Assembly (NCBI GenBank): GCA_900315565.1 | Contig: OMZS01000021.1 | Coordinates: forward strand, 504-64,503 | Reading direction: 5' to 3' | Length of the DNA stretch: 64,000 bases | From: an uncultured Prevotellaceae bacterium | GTDB lineage: Bacteria; Bacteroidota; Bacteroidia; Bacteroidales; Bacteroidaceae | The notes under the pieces: model-generated | The model's database searches: none | Told to the model about the DNA's origin: nothing | Seen by the model: only the letters and a program-made list of their open reading frames with translations | Made by a program: the position numbers and the translations under genes | Part shown: piece by piece, positions 55,650 through 64,000 of the stretch | Numbering within the stretch: position 1 is the stretch's first letter | Layout: each line of letters begins with the position of its first letter

Positions 55650-56963
55650 TTATCTGTTCATTGTAAATTTATTATCGTAGATTTGTTTAAGCATTTCTAT
55701 TTCGTGCATCGACTGCTGTACACGGGCGGCATTTTCCTGATTGATTTCGCGAACCAAACCCACTACGTCGATAATGCCATGCGACAACTTCGACTCAGCC
55801 GCCTTGCGCACAGCCGAGCGTAGTGAGATGATTTCCTCGTCGTCGGCCATGAGTCGGCGATAGCGGCTGATGCTTTCGTTTTGCTGAATCTGCTCCAGAC
55901 GGTTGTTGAAGAGAAACACCTCACGGTTCGACTTGGTCTGCTCGCGCTGCAGCTGCATTTTCGCCTTGTCGTTCTTACGGGTATAGAGAGCGCCAATGTT
56001 CCATGTTACGCGGGCACCCACCAGGGCGTTCAGGCTCCAGTTGTGGTTCAGCATGTCGTCGAACATATTGAAGCCAGGATAACCGTAGTAACCCTGTGCA
56101 AACAAGCCGAGCTTTGGCTTTAATGCAGCATCGAGGGCCTGCTCCTGAGCGTCAATCAGCTTCAGCTGGGCATCAAACAGATGCATTTCAGGGCGAAGTG
56201 CAGCTCCTGACTCACCCGTTGATGCAGCAGAGGCAACACCCAGACCGTCTGCCAGGCCGTCTCCCAGCGCGGGCTTTGTGGGGTTCTTAACTTCTATGCC
56301 ACAGAATGCCGTCAGCATGGCCTGGAGCATGTGTTTCAGCGACTCCAGTTCGGCGGCTTTCTGCACGGCATTGAGCCGTTCGGCCTTTACGCTCTGCAAA
56401 TCGCTCAGGGCTGCTGTGCCGCCTTTCACCATCGAGGCCAGTTTTTTCTCGTTGCTGGCCAGCAAATCTTGCAAGTCGTTGTTAAGCCGAATATGGTGGT
56501 CGAGCATGAGCAGCGCGAAGTACATCTCATTCACGCGTTTGCGTATATTATATAGGCTGACCTCGTTCTGTGCCGTCTGCACCCTACCCTGCCCCCGGAC
56601 AATAGCTTTCTGACTGCTGATGGCTCCGCCGTCGAACAGCGTCTGCTGAACGTCTATTCCCACTTTGTATTGGTCTTTCTTCAGTCCTTTCAGGTCGATT
56701 CCCATGCCCTTTATCATGGCTCCCATCTGCTCGGGCCACGACATCACATCGCTCTGATAGGTAGCTTGGGCAGATGCCGCAATCTGCGGCAACCATCCTT
56801 TCTGAATATTTGCAACCGTCAGCTCAGTTGTCTTTTCGATGAGGTCGTACTGTCGTATCAGCGGATAATTCTGCTCAGCAGCCCGCTGGCACTCCTCCAG
56901 CGTTTGCGCCCAAGCAGATGTGCAGGCCAGCAGCACCACCCCAAAAACTAATAGTCGTTTCAT
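55650..56963 (-). CDS. TolC-family outer-membrane efflux protein
   Basis: 437 aa with the signal peptide VLLACTSAWA and a two-repeat OEP pattern. It is the first gene of the efflux operon. Confidence 0.8.
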   Translation of the reverse strand: MKRLLVFGVVLLACTSAWAQTLEECQRAAEQNYPLIRQYDLIEKTTELTVANIQKGWLPQIAASAQATYQSDVMSWPEQMGAMIKGMGIDLKGLKKDQYKVGIDVQQTLFDGGAISSQKAIVRGQGRVQTAQNEVSLYNIRKRVNEMYFALLMLDHHIRLNNDLQDLLASNEKKLASMVKGGTAALSDLQSVKAERLNAVQKAAELESLKHMLQAMLTAFCGIEVKNPTKPALGDGLADGLGVASAASTGESGAALRPEMHLFDAQLKLIDAQEQALDAALKPKLGLFAQGYYGYPGFNMFDDMLNHNWSLNALVGARVTWNIGALYTRKNDKAKMQLQREQTKSNREVFLFNNRLEQIQQNESISRYRRLMADDEEIISLRSAVRKAAESKLSHGIIDVVGLVREINQENAARVQQSMHEIEMLKQIYDNKFTMNR

Positions 56964-57149
56964 CTTTTTTTCTGTCGTTAGGTTGTGATATATACTATTC
57001 CTTTTTCCAAAGGCAAAGATACGGCATTATTTCTATATAAGCATTATCCGTCAGTAGAAAAAGATGTTCTTTTTGTTCGATTTGTGTGTTAACAATGCGT
57101 ATTTCGGCCAAAAAGAATTATCTTTGCAAGCAGAAACAGCAATAAAACC

Positions 57150-58079
57150 ATGAACAAAGAACCTAAATTGATGGATGCGACCAAGATGAGAGACATTATC
57201 ACTCCTCACCTTGCACAGAATAACGAAAACATCTTTATCTCTGACGAGCTTGGCATTTTTCATTGTAATCTGAACCTATTCAGATTGCTGATCAACCAAA
57301 AGCCTCCATTCTGCATCAATGACCATCGTTTAGGCATTGTGCTACAAGGCGAAGCCGACATCAACTTCAATTTGCAAGACCGCCATATAACCGCGCCCAC
57401 CCTCGTTTATCTTGGTCCTGGCACCATCATCAATCCCATTCGCATCTCCAACGACCTTGAAATCTTTGGCATGGCCTTGTTTGCTAACTTTCCTATGCCT
57501 TTTGTTGCCCGAGAAAAGATTGTGGATGAGGGAAACAACGAGGCTCTGCCATCGGCCTTCAACGGTCAGGTGCGCGACTTCCAGCTTCCCGTGGGCGAAA
57601 CCGACCTGCAGACCGCCCGCCAGATGATGGAAACCATTTTGTGTGTGGTTCGTCAGCCCGACTACCACCGTGCAACTGTCAGCGCGCTCGTGGCAGCCCT
57701 GCTCCACCACTACGACCATCTGTTTCAGTTGCAAAAACATCAGCAAGCCCTTTCACGCTCACGCGAACAGACCATTTTCGACCGGTTTATTCAACTTGTC
57801 AATCAGCATTGCCATGAGCAACATCAGCTGGCCTATTATGCCTCGCGCCTGTGTCTCACCCAACGCTATCTTTGTACGGTGGTCCGACAAGCCAGCGGCA
57901 CCACAGCCAAGGACTGGATTGACCGTGCGCTGATTACCCGCATTAAGATTGAACTGCGCCACTCTCATAAAAGTGCAGCACAGATAGCCGAGGAAATGAA
58001 TTTTCCCAATCCCTCGTTTTTCTCGAAATATTTCCACAGGCTAACGGGTATGACTCCGATGGAGTTTAAGTCGAAATAA
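57150..58079 (+). CDS. AraC-family transcriptional regulator
   Basis: 309 aa with a C-terminal AraC HTH (NFPNPSFFSKYFHRLTGMTPMEFK). It is divergent from the efflux operon. Confidence 0.85.
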   Translation: MNKEPKLMDATKMRDIITPHLAQNNENIFISDELGIFHCNLNLFRLLINQKPPFCINDHRLGIVLQGEADINFNLQDRHITAPTLVYLGPGTIINPIRISNDLEIFGMALFANFPMPFVAREKIVDEGNNEALPSAFNGQVRDFQLPVGETDLQTARQMMETILCVVRQPDYHRATVSALVAALLHHYDHLFQLQKHQQALSRSREQTIFDRFIQLVNQHCHEQHQLAYYASRLCLTQRYLCTVVRQASGTTAKDWIDRALITRIKIELRHSHKSAAQIAEEMNFPNPSFFSKYFHRLTGMTPMEFKSK

Positions 58080-58146
58080 AAAATTATTTGTCAATTGTTC
58101 TTGACTTTCAAATTTATATATTATTTTTGTGGCAAGTATTTGGACA

Positions 58147-58202
58147 ATAAACTATAAACTATAAACTATTAGCTATAAACTGTAAACTATAAACTGTAAA
58201 TT
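58147..58202. repeat. Eight tandem heptads (ATAAACT type) upstream of the GH5 gene
   Basis: The units read ataaact x3, attagct, ataaact, gtaaact, ataaact, gtaaatt. The array ends 29 nt before ATG 58231. Confidence 0.8.
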
Positions 58203-58230
58203 GAAAACAATTAACAACAAACAATCAGCT

Positions 58231-59970
58231 ATGAATAAAAGGAAATTTTTACTTTATGCCATGTTCCTGTTCTTCGGTGTCGGACAGGCGCAGACCACCG
58301 ACGTAGCTCCCGATGCTACAGGAATGAATCTGTCGGCCCAGCAATGGTGCCAGAACGTTGTCATGGGATGGAACCTGGGCAACTCGTTTGAAAGTGGAGG
58401 CGGTGAAACAGGTTGGGGCAACCCCAAGACCACGCGCCAAATGATTCAGGCCGTCAAGAAAGCCGGCTTCAACGCCATCCGCATTCCCGTGAGATGGACC
58501 GAGCAGCTGAGCAACTCATCTACCATGACCGTGAAAGACGCTTGGCTTGCTCGCGTGAAAGAGGTGGTAGATTGGGCTCTGGCCGAAGACATGTACGTCA
58601 TCATCAACACCCACCACGAGGCGTGGCTCGACCGCAACCCCTTCTACAGCAAACAGACTGAAAACAACCGCAAACTGGCTGCCCTGTGGAAATGCATTGC
58701 CACCTATTTCCGCAACTACGACGAGCGGCTTGCCTTTGCGGGCACCAACGAGACCATTGCCCTTGTCAACGGACAGGAAAACTGGGGTTCTCCTACTAAA
58801 GAGTATCAGGAGGTGCAGAACAGCTACAACCAGACCTTCGTAGATGCCGTGCGCCAAACAGGCGGCAAGAACTACTATCGCCATCTGGTGGTGCAGACCT
58901 ACGCCTGCAACGGCTACTACGGACTGAACGGATTCACCATTCCCAACGACCCCGCTGAGGGACGGCTGAGCGTTGAGTTCCACTGCTACGACCCATACGA
59001 GTATGCAGGCGAAGGTACTTACTACTACTGGGGCGACGAATACAAAGCCAAAGGCAAGAAAGTGCCCACGAGCAACGAAAAAACCATGACCGACTATTTC
59101 AACCGCATCCGCAACACGTGGGGAAAGAAAGGATTGGGCGTTGTGTTGGGCGAATATGGCGTTACCTGCCACTACACCAACGACGACAAACAGACGCAAA
59201 TGGAAAACGAGCAGTACTTCATGAAATGCATGGTAAGTGCAGCCCGCGAGAATGGTTTTGCGGCCTTTGTATGGGACAACAACGGCTTTGGAAACGGCAA
59301 GGAGAAATTCGGCATTTTCCGTCGTGGCAACATGTCGGTAGGCAACGAATATACGCTGAAAGGCATCTGCGAGGGCGCCGGCACCGAATACAAGGAACCT
59401 GAGAACCACGGCGACGGTCCCGACATCACCATTGAAGGAGGCGACGTGTTGTTTGAAGGCAACGATATGATGGACTGGGGCAACGGGCTTCAGTTCAATA
59501 TCCCTGGCTCCGAAATCGCAAAATACGGCAAAGACATCGTGATTTACCTCGTCTATACGCTCGACTATACCGACTACAACATGATTCAGTTCTTCTTTGG
59601 TGACTGGAAGTCCAATCCTTCGTTCTTCGTTGATGGCAAAGAAATCACTAAAGAATATGTTCCCAGCGATATTCATGGCGTTTCCAATGGCGATGTTTGC
59701 ATCTCAACCATCACCCTTAGCCAAGACGTCTATAACGAGGCCGTCAATAAAGGATTCGTCATTCAGGGCCACGGAGTGAGGCTCAACCAAGTGGTGCTGG
59801 CCAACAAAACGGGCATTGAGGAAATTAAAGATGAAACATTAAAGATGAAAGATTCGCCGGTGTATAACCTGAACGGACAACTTGTAGAAAGTTCTAAACT
59901 CAATGTCAAAAGTGCAAAGCTTCCCAAGGGCATTTACATCAGCAATGGCAAGAAGTTTGTAGCGAAATAA
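58231..59970 (+). CDS. Glycoside hydrolase family 5 (endoglucanase-like) with T9SS C-terminal sorting domain
   Basis: 579 aa from ATG 58231 with a signal peptide. GH5 motifs are GWNLGNSFES, VIINTHHEAW and VLGEYGV. The CTD reads VYNLNGQLV...KGIYISNGKKFVAK. Confidence 0.85.
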   Translation: MNKRKFLLYAMFLFFGVGQAQTTDVAPDATGMNLSAQQWCQNVVMGWNLGNSFESGGGETGWGNPKTTRQMIQAVKKAGFNAIRIPVRWTEQLSNSSTMTVKDAWLARVKEVVDWALAEDMYVIINTHHEAWLDRNPFYSKQTENNRKLAALWKCIATYFRNYDERLAFAGTNETIALVNGQENWGSPTKEYQEVQNSYNQTFVDAVRQTGGKNYYRHLVVQTYACNGYYGLNGFTIPNDPAEGRLSVEFHCYDPYEYAGEGTYYYWGDEYKAKGKKVPTSNEKTMTDYFNRIRNTWGKKGLGVVLGEYGVTCHYTNDDKQTQMENEQYFMKCMVSAARENGFAAFVWDNNGFGNGKEKFGIFRRGNMSVGNEYTLKGICEGAGTEYKEPENHGDGPDITIEGGDVLFEGNDMMDWGNGLQFNIPGSEIAKYGKDIVIYLVYTLDYTDYNMIQFFFGDWKSNPSFFVDGKEITKEYVPSDIHGVSNGDVCISTITLSQDVYNEAVNKGFVIQGHGVRLNQVVLANKTGIEEIKDETLKMKDSPVYNLNGQLVESSKLNVKSAKLPKGIYISNGKKFVAK

Positions 59971-60046
59971 AAAGGCATTTAGCATGCGCCGGCAAGCCAA
60001 GCTGGCTTCACCTTTCTGCTTGTTGGCAGAATGGCAACAAAAACAA

Positions 60047-60076
60047 AGCCCAGGGCAACAAATATCGTCCTGGGCT
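60047..60076. terminator. Hairpin between convergent GH5 and serA genes (possible bidirectional terminator)
   Basis: The stem is AGCCCAGG / CCTGGGCT with a 14-nt loop. It is followed by TTATGTTTG on the plus strand and preceded by an A-rich run. Confidence 0.5.
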
Positions 60077-60116
60077 TTATGTTTGCATTGACTTGTGTAA
60101 GTCTTCGCGGCTTAGC

Positions 60117-61034
60117 TTACTTGTTCACCTGGAACTTGGTGTCGCCATCCTTGAAGAAAGCGTTAATCTGACGTGCGGCGGCAATGCCGGCGTTGATGTT
60201 GGCTTCGGCGGTCTGGGCGCCCATCTTTTTAGGTGTAGAGAAATAACGGCCTTCAAACTGTGCGAAGTCGGCATCAGCATCGGGTTTAATGTCGGTGACA
60301 AACTTCAGGTCGTCGCGCTCCTGCATCAGCTTGATGAGTTCGGGCTCGTTGATGACTTCCTTGCGGGCTGTGTTCACCAGAATACCGCCTTTCTTCATCT
60401 TGCCCACCAGAGCGTAGTTGATGCTCTCGCGGGTCTCGGCCGTAGCAGGTATGTGGAGCGAAACCACGTCGCACAGCTCGAACAGAGCGTCCTGGTTCTC
60501 CACGGCATGTACTCCGGCCTGTTCAATCACCTCAGCAGGACAGTAAGCATCATAAGCATACACATCCATGCCAAAGCCTTTGGCGATGCGAGCCACATTG
60601 CGGCCTACATTTCCGAAAGCCAGAATGCCGAGTTTCTTGCCGAGCAGCTCGCTGCCGCTCTTGCCATTGTAGAATCCGCGCACAGCCATCACCAGCAGTC
60701 CAAACACCAGTTCGGCCACAGCGTTGGCGTTCTGTCCGGGAGTGTTTTCGGCCACCACATTGTGGGCCGTGGCAGCAGCCAAGTCGATGTTGTCGTAACC
60801 GGCACCTGCACGCACCACAATCTTCAATTGCTTGGCAGCGTCGAGCACTTCGGCATCCACCTTGTCAGAGCGGATAATCAGCGCGTCGGCATCCTTCACG
60901 GCATCCAAGAGCTGAGCCTTCTCAGTATATTTCTCAAGCAGAGCCAGCTCATTGCCGGCAGCTTCTACTTCCTTGCGAATGCCCTCAACAGCGGCAGCTG
61001 CGAAAGGCTTTTCTGTTGCTACTAATACTTTCAT
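60117..61034 (-). CDS. serA: D-3-phosphoglycerate dehydrogenase (D-isomer 2-hydroxyacid dehydrogenase family)
   Basis: 305 aa from ATG 61034 with the NAD loop LGILAFGNVGRNVA. It lies immediately downstream of serC. Confidence 0.8.
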   Translation of the reverse strand: MKVLVATEKPFAAAAVEGIRKEVEAAGNELALLEKYTEKAQLLDAVKDADALIIRSDKVDAEVLDAAKQLKIVVRAGAGYDNIDLAAATAHNVVAENTPGQNANAVAELVFGLLVMAVRGFYNGKSGSELLGKKLGILAFGNVGRNVARIAKGFGMDVYAYDAYCPAEVIEQAGVHAVENQDALFELCDVVSLHIPATAETRESINYALVGKMKKGGILVNTARKEVINEPELIKLMQERDDLKFVTDIKPDADADFAQFEGRYFSTPKKMGAQTAEANINAGIAAARQINAFFKDGDTKFQVNK

Positions 61035-61085
61035 TGTTATTCTTGTTTTGTGGCTGCGACTCAGCCGCAGCATACATCAGTTTTT

Positions 61086-62153
61086 TTAATGCTTTGCCTC
61101 AAACTCCTTCATGCAAGCCACGAGTGCGTTGCAGCCCTCAATGGTCTGTGCGTTGTAGCAGCTGGCGCGGAATCCGCCTACCGAGCGGTGGCCTTTCACG
61201 CCCACCATTCCCTTCTGGGTGGCGAAGTCGAGGAACTCTTTCTCCAGCTCTTTGTACTCGTCGGCCATCACGAAGCAGAGGTTCATCAGCGAACGGTCTT
61301 CCTCAACGGCTGTTCCGCGGAACAGTTTGTTGCGGTCAATCTCGCCATACACAATCTCAGCACGCTGGTGGGCCAGCTTGTCCATAGCCTCTACGCCACC
61401 CTGAGCCTTAATCCAGCGCAGGTTTTCGAGTGCGCAATAAATGGGCACCACAGGAGGCGTGTTAAACATAGAGCCCTTATCCACATGGGTGCGATAGTCG
61501 AGCATGGTGGGAATCTCGCGGGGAGCCTTGCCCAGGGCGTCGTCTTTCACAATGATGATAGTCACACCGGCCATGGCCAGATTCTTCTGGGCACCGGCAT
61601 AGATGGCGTCGTACTTGGCCACATCGATGGGGCGGCTGAAGATGTCAGACGACATGTCGGCTATCAGGCGCACGGGAACATCGAGGTCCTTGCGGATTTC
61701 TGTACCGTAGATGGTATTGTTGGTGGTGATGTGCAGATAGTCGGCATCTGCGGGCACCGTCCAGTCCTTAGGAATGAATGTGTAGTTGGCATCGGCTGAA
61801 GAAGCCACTTCAACCACTTCGCCGAACAGTTTGGCTTCCTTCATGGCTTTCTTTGCCCAAACACCAGTGTTCAGGTAGGCAGCCTTCTTGATCAGGAAGT
61901 TATAGGGAATCATGCAGAATTCAAGGCTGGCACCGCCGCCCAAGAAAATGACTGAGTAGCCTTCGGGCACCTGCAGCAGCTCTTTGACCAGGGCAACTGC
62001 CTCATCGACCACAGGCTGGAAATCCTTTGCGCGATGGCTGATTTCCATCAATGAAAGACCACTACCGTTAAAGTCTAAACACTGTTTCGCAGTGTTCTCA
62101 ATCACTTCGCGAGGAAGCATCGAAGGACCTGCATTAAAGTTGTACTTCTTCAT
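61086..62153 (-). CDS. serC: Phosphoserine aminotransferase
   Basis: 355 aa with the N-terminus [14 protein letters not shown]. It has the class-V aminotransferase layout. Confidence 0.88.
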   Translation of the reverse strand: MKKYNFNAGPSMLPREVIENTAKQCLDFNGSGLSLMEISHRAKDFQPVVDEAVALVKELLQVPEGYSVIFLGGGASLEFCMIPYNFLIKKAAYLNTGVWAKKAMKEAKLFGEVVEVASSADANYTFIPKDWTVPADADYLHITTNNTIYGTEIRKDLDVPVRLIADMSSDIFSRPIDVAKYDAIYAGAQKNLAMAGVTIIIVKDDALGKAPREIPTMLDYRTHVDKGSMFNTPPVVPIYCALENLRWIKAQGGVEAMDKLAHQRAEIVYGEIDRNKLFRGTAVEEDRSLMNLCFVMADEYKELEKEFLDFATQKGMVGVKGHRSVGGFRASCYNAQTIEGCNALVACMKEFEAKH

Positions 62154-62335
62154 TTGATTGTTTGTTTGTTGATTGATGTGTTATATTGAATTTTCTACTT
62201 TCTTTTGCCTTGTTCCGACGCGAGGCCGGAAACATAAAACTGAATACCTTTAAAAAACGACTGCGAAATTACACTTTTTATCTGATACGGGCAAATTTTT
62301 TAGCATAAAGTTTCTGAAACGGCCGTTTTAGGTGT

Positions 62336-63673
62336 CTATTTGACAACTTCACATAGCGTTTTTATGCCTTTTATTTTTTCGCCCTGCGTTTGGCGCAGCA
62401 CTTGTTGCAGTTTTTTTCGGCTCACGGCAGCATAGGCGTAGCGGTCTTTCACGTCGATGCGCCCTATCTCGCTGCTCTGCAGTCCGCCCTTCTTGCACAG
62501 GAAACCCACAATGTCGCCCTTTGAAATCTTGTCCTTCTTTCCCTTGCCGATATAAACGGTTGCCATGCGCGGAACCGGAACAGGCAAAGGGCGGCACGAA
62601 GGAGCAAAGAGCAATGGGTCGATGGCATACTCCTCCACCTCGGCATCCACATAGTCGGGCAGCTCTTCGCCGGGACCGAGAATAAAGAATGCGCGGCCAC
62701 ACTTGTCCCAGCGAGCCGTACGCCCCACACGATGAATGTAGCCCTCCTCGCTCTCGGGCAAATGATAATGAATGATGTTGTCAATATCGGGAATGTCCAG
62801 CCCGCGCGACGCCAGGTCGGTGCTTACCATGACGTTGGCCGAGCCGTTGGAGAATTTGTAGAGCGAGTCCTCGCGCTGACGTTGCTCCAAGCCTCCATGG
62901 AAAGCACTTGTATAAAAACCCCTTTCGCGCAGAAAAGCATCGGTACGCTCCACGCTGTCGCGATAGTTCAAAAACACAATGCTGCTCCCCTCGCCCAGCT
63001 GAAGCAGCAACTGCTCCAGCGTCTGCAACTTGTCCTTCTGGCTGCTGCGCACAATAAATATATGTACGCGCGAAGAAACCTGCTCGTCGTCGTCAAGGAA
63101 CTCCAATTGCCGGGTGCGCCCCAAGCTCACGAACCGGGGAATCTCAGCAGCCCGAGTGGCCGAAAGCAGTATGCGACGCTCCACACGGGGCAACTTGCCC
63201 ACCACGGCCGACATCTCGGCCTGAAAACCCATTTCCAGACACTTGTCAAACTCGTCAATCACCAGAAACCTCACACCCTCGGCACTCAAGTTGCCTTTGT
63301 CCAGATGGTCGTTCAGTCGGCCTGGCGTGGCAAACACTATCTGGGGCTTCACTTCGCGCAACTGCCGGTGCTCGTCCATCGTCGGCCGTCCACCATAAAG
63401 GCTCATCGCCCTGAGTCCGCTGCCCATGTCCTTCAGCACCGTAGCCGACTGCAGGGCCAGCTCGCGTCCTGGCACCAGCACCACGGCCTGCAACTCATCG
63501 CTTTTGCCATCAATCAGCTCAGCCAATGGCAACAGATAGGCCAGCGTTTTACCCGTGCCCGTAGGCGAGAGCACCACCACATCGTTTTTCGAACGCAAAA
63601 TGGCATCAATAGCCTCCTGTTGCATCAGGTTGAGTTCGCCAATATTCAGCTTTTCAAGTATCTTCTCAATCAT
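62336..63673 (-). CDS. DEAD-box RNA helicase with C-terminal DbpA-type RNA-binding domain
   Basis: 445 aa. Motif I is SPTGTGKT, II is VIDEFD, III is SAT and VI is HRVGRTAR. The C-terminal region reads VYIGKGKKDKISKGDIVGFL...IDVKDRYAYAAV. Confidence 0.85.
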   Translation of the reverse strand: MIEKILEKLNIGELNLMQQEAIDAILRSKNDVVVLSPTGTGKTLAYLLPLAELIDGKSDELQAVVLVPGRELALQSATVLKDMGSGLRAMSLYGGRPTMDEHRQLREVKPQIVFATPGRLNDHLDKGNLSAEGVRFLVIDEFDKCLEMGFQAEMSAVVGKLPRVERRILLSATRAAEIPRFVSLGRTRQLEFLDDDEQVSSRVHIFIVRSSQKDKLQTLEQLLLQLGEGSSIVFLNYRDSVERTDAFLRERGFYTSAFHGGLEQRQREDSLYKFSNGSANVMVSTDLASRGLDIPDIDNIIHYHLPESEEGYIHRVGRTARWDKCGRAFFILGPGEELPDYVDAEVEEYAIDPLLFAPSCRPLPVPVPRMATVYIGKGKKDKISKGDIVGFLCKKGGLQSSEIGRIDVKDRYAYAAVSRKKLQQVLRQTQGEKIKGIKTLCEVVK

Positions 63674-63678
63674 GGTGC

Positions 63679-63797
63679 AAAGGTACGAATAAGCGAGCGA
63701 AAAGCAAAAGGAAAACTTGTTTTTCTTTTGCTCTTCCGAGCGAAAGTACCTTCGGCGTCAGCCAAAGTACCGAATAAGCGAGCTCTTCCGAGCGAAA
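63679..63797. repeat. Interleaved direct repeats upstream of the helicase gene
   Basis: AAAG(G)TAC(C)GAATAAGCGAGC occurs at 63679 and 63764. GCTCTTCCGAGCGAAA occurs at 63730 and 63781. Confidence 0.65.
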
Positions 63798-64000
63798 TTA
63801 CTCTATTAACCGCATGATGTAGTCAACGGCACCATTGACACCGAAGCGCGCCACGTTGAGCGTAAGGTCGTAGTTGCGGGCATCGTAGCGGTCCTGTCCA
63901 GTAAAGGTCTTGGTGTAGAGCTCGCGCGACAGGTCGTTATCAACGAGCATCATCTTGGCGTCGCCGTCAGAAAGACCGTATTTCTCTACGATACGGCGTA
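63798..64000 (-). CDS. Partial CDS (C-terminal 66 codons + stop), possibly cytidylate-kinase-like family
   Basis: The minus-strand frame is open to the window end. It reads ...RRIVEKYGLSDGDAKMMLVDNDLSRELYTKTFTGQDRYDARNYDLTLNVARFGVNGAVDYIMRLIE with stop TAA at 63798-63800. The family call is weak. Confidence 0.35.
   Translation of the reverse strand, partial: RRIVEKYGLSDGDAKMMLVDNDLSRELYTKTFTGQDRYDARNYDLTLNVARFGVNGAVDYIMRLIE

Overview
All family calls rest on motifs read by eye, with no BLAST or HMM run. The window looks like a chromosomal segment of a Bacteroidota genome, Prevotella/Segatella-like. That taxon is inferred from a ~290-aa primary sigma factor, T9SS C-terminal sorting domains, a TTTG-N19-TAnnTTTG promoter match and overall gene content.

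(i) 1-6.6 kb is a visibly AT-richer accessory, defence-type segment. It holds a single-chain E1-like/JAB fusion whose frame is still open at the left edge and a decayed AAA_21-type ATPase. Converging on these is an ATPase-RloB-MBL cassette (an AbiL-like pair plus a ComEC-type metallo-hydrolase). The segment is bordered by the 3' remnant of a BspA-type LRR/T9SS gene.

(ii) 7-32.6 kb is housekeeping. It contains a tetR-type regulator, a relA-type synthetase with a degenerate hydrolase domain, a DUF4301-like gene, tRNA-Gly(CCC), tRNA-Thr(CGT) and uvrA. A 1.2-kb gene-free gap follows, carrying a 21-bp-phased tandem array, a ~130-nt hairpin and DnaA-box-like sites. After it come rpoD, an outer-membrane protein, an AddAB-like helicase-nuclease pair, NhaC, a POT transporter, a small OMP, a LysM protein and two lipoproteins.

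(iii) 33.3-49.1 kb is a co-oriented 16-gene glycopolymer locus with teichoic-acid-type chemistry. It encodes 2 TagF-like, 3 LicD, 1 Stealth, a TagD-like cytidylyltransferase fused to a Gfo/Idh/MocA oxidoreductase, TagA/WecG, a pyruvyl transferase, 2 acyltransferases, GT2, a split GT4 and a Wzy-like protein.

(iv) 49.2-64 kb holds serB, an AraC-linked TolC/HlyD/ABC-2 efflux operon, a GH5-T9SS glycosidase, serA-serC, a DbpA-type DEAD-box helicase and a partial gene at the right edge.

I saw no rRNA, CRISPR array, integrase or transposase. Many intergenic regions carry short heptad 'word' repeats (GAGTTAG, TTGAACA, ATAAACT, TCATTTC), and a ~150-200-bp palindromic element occurs twice.
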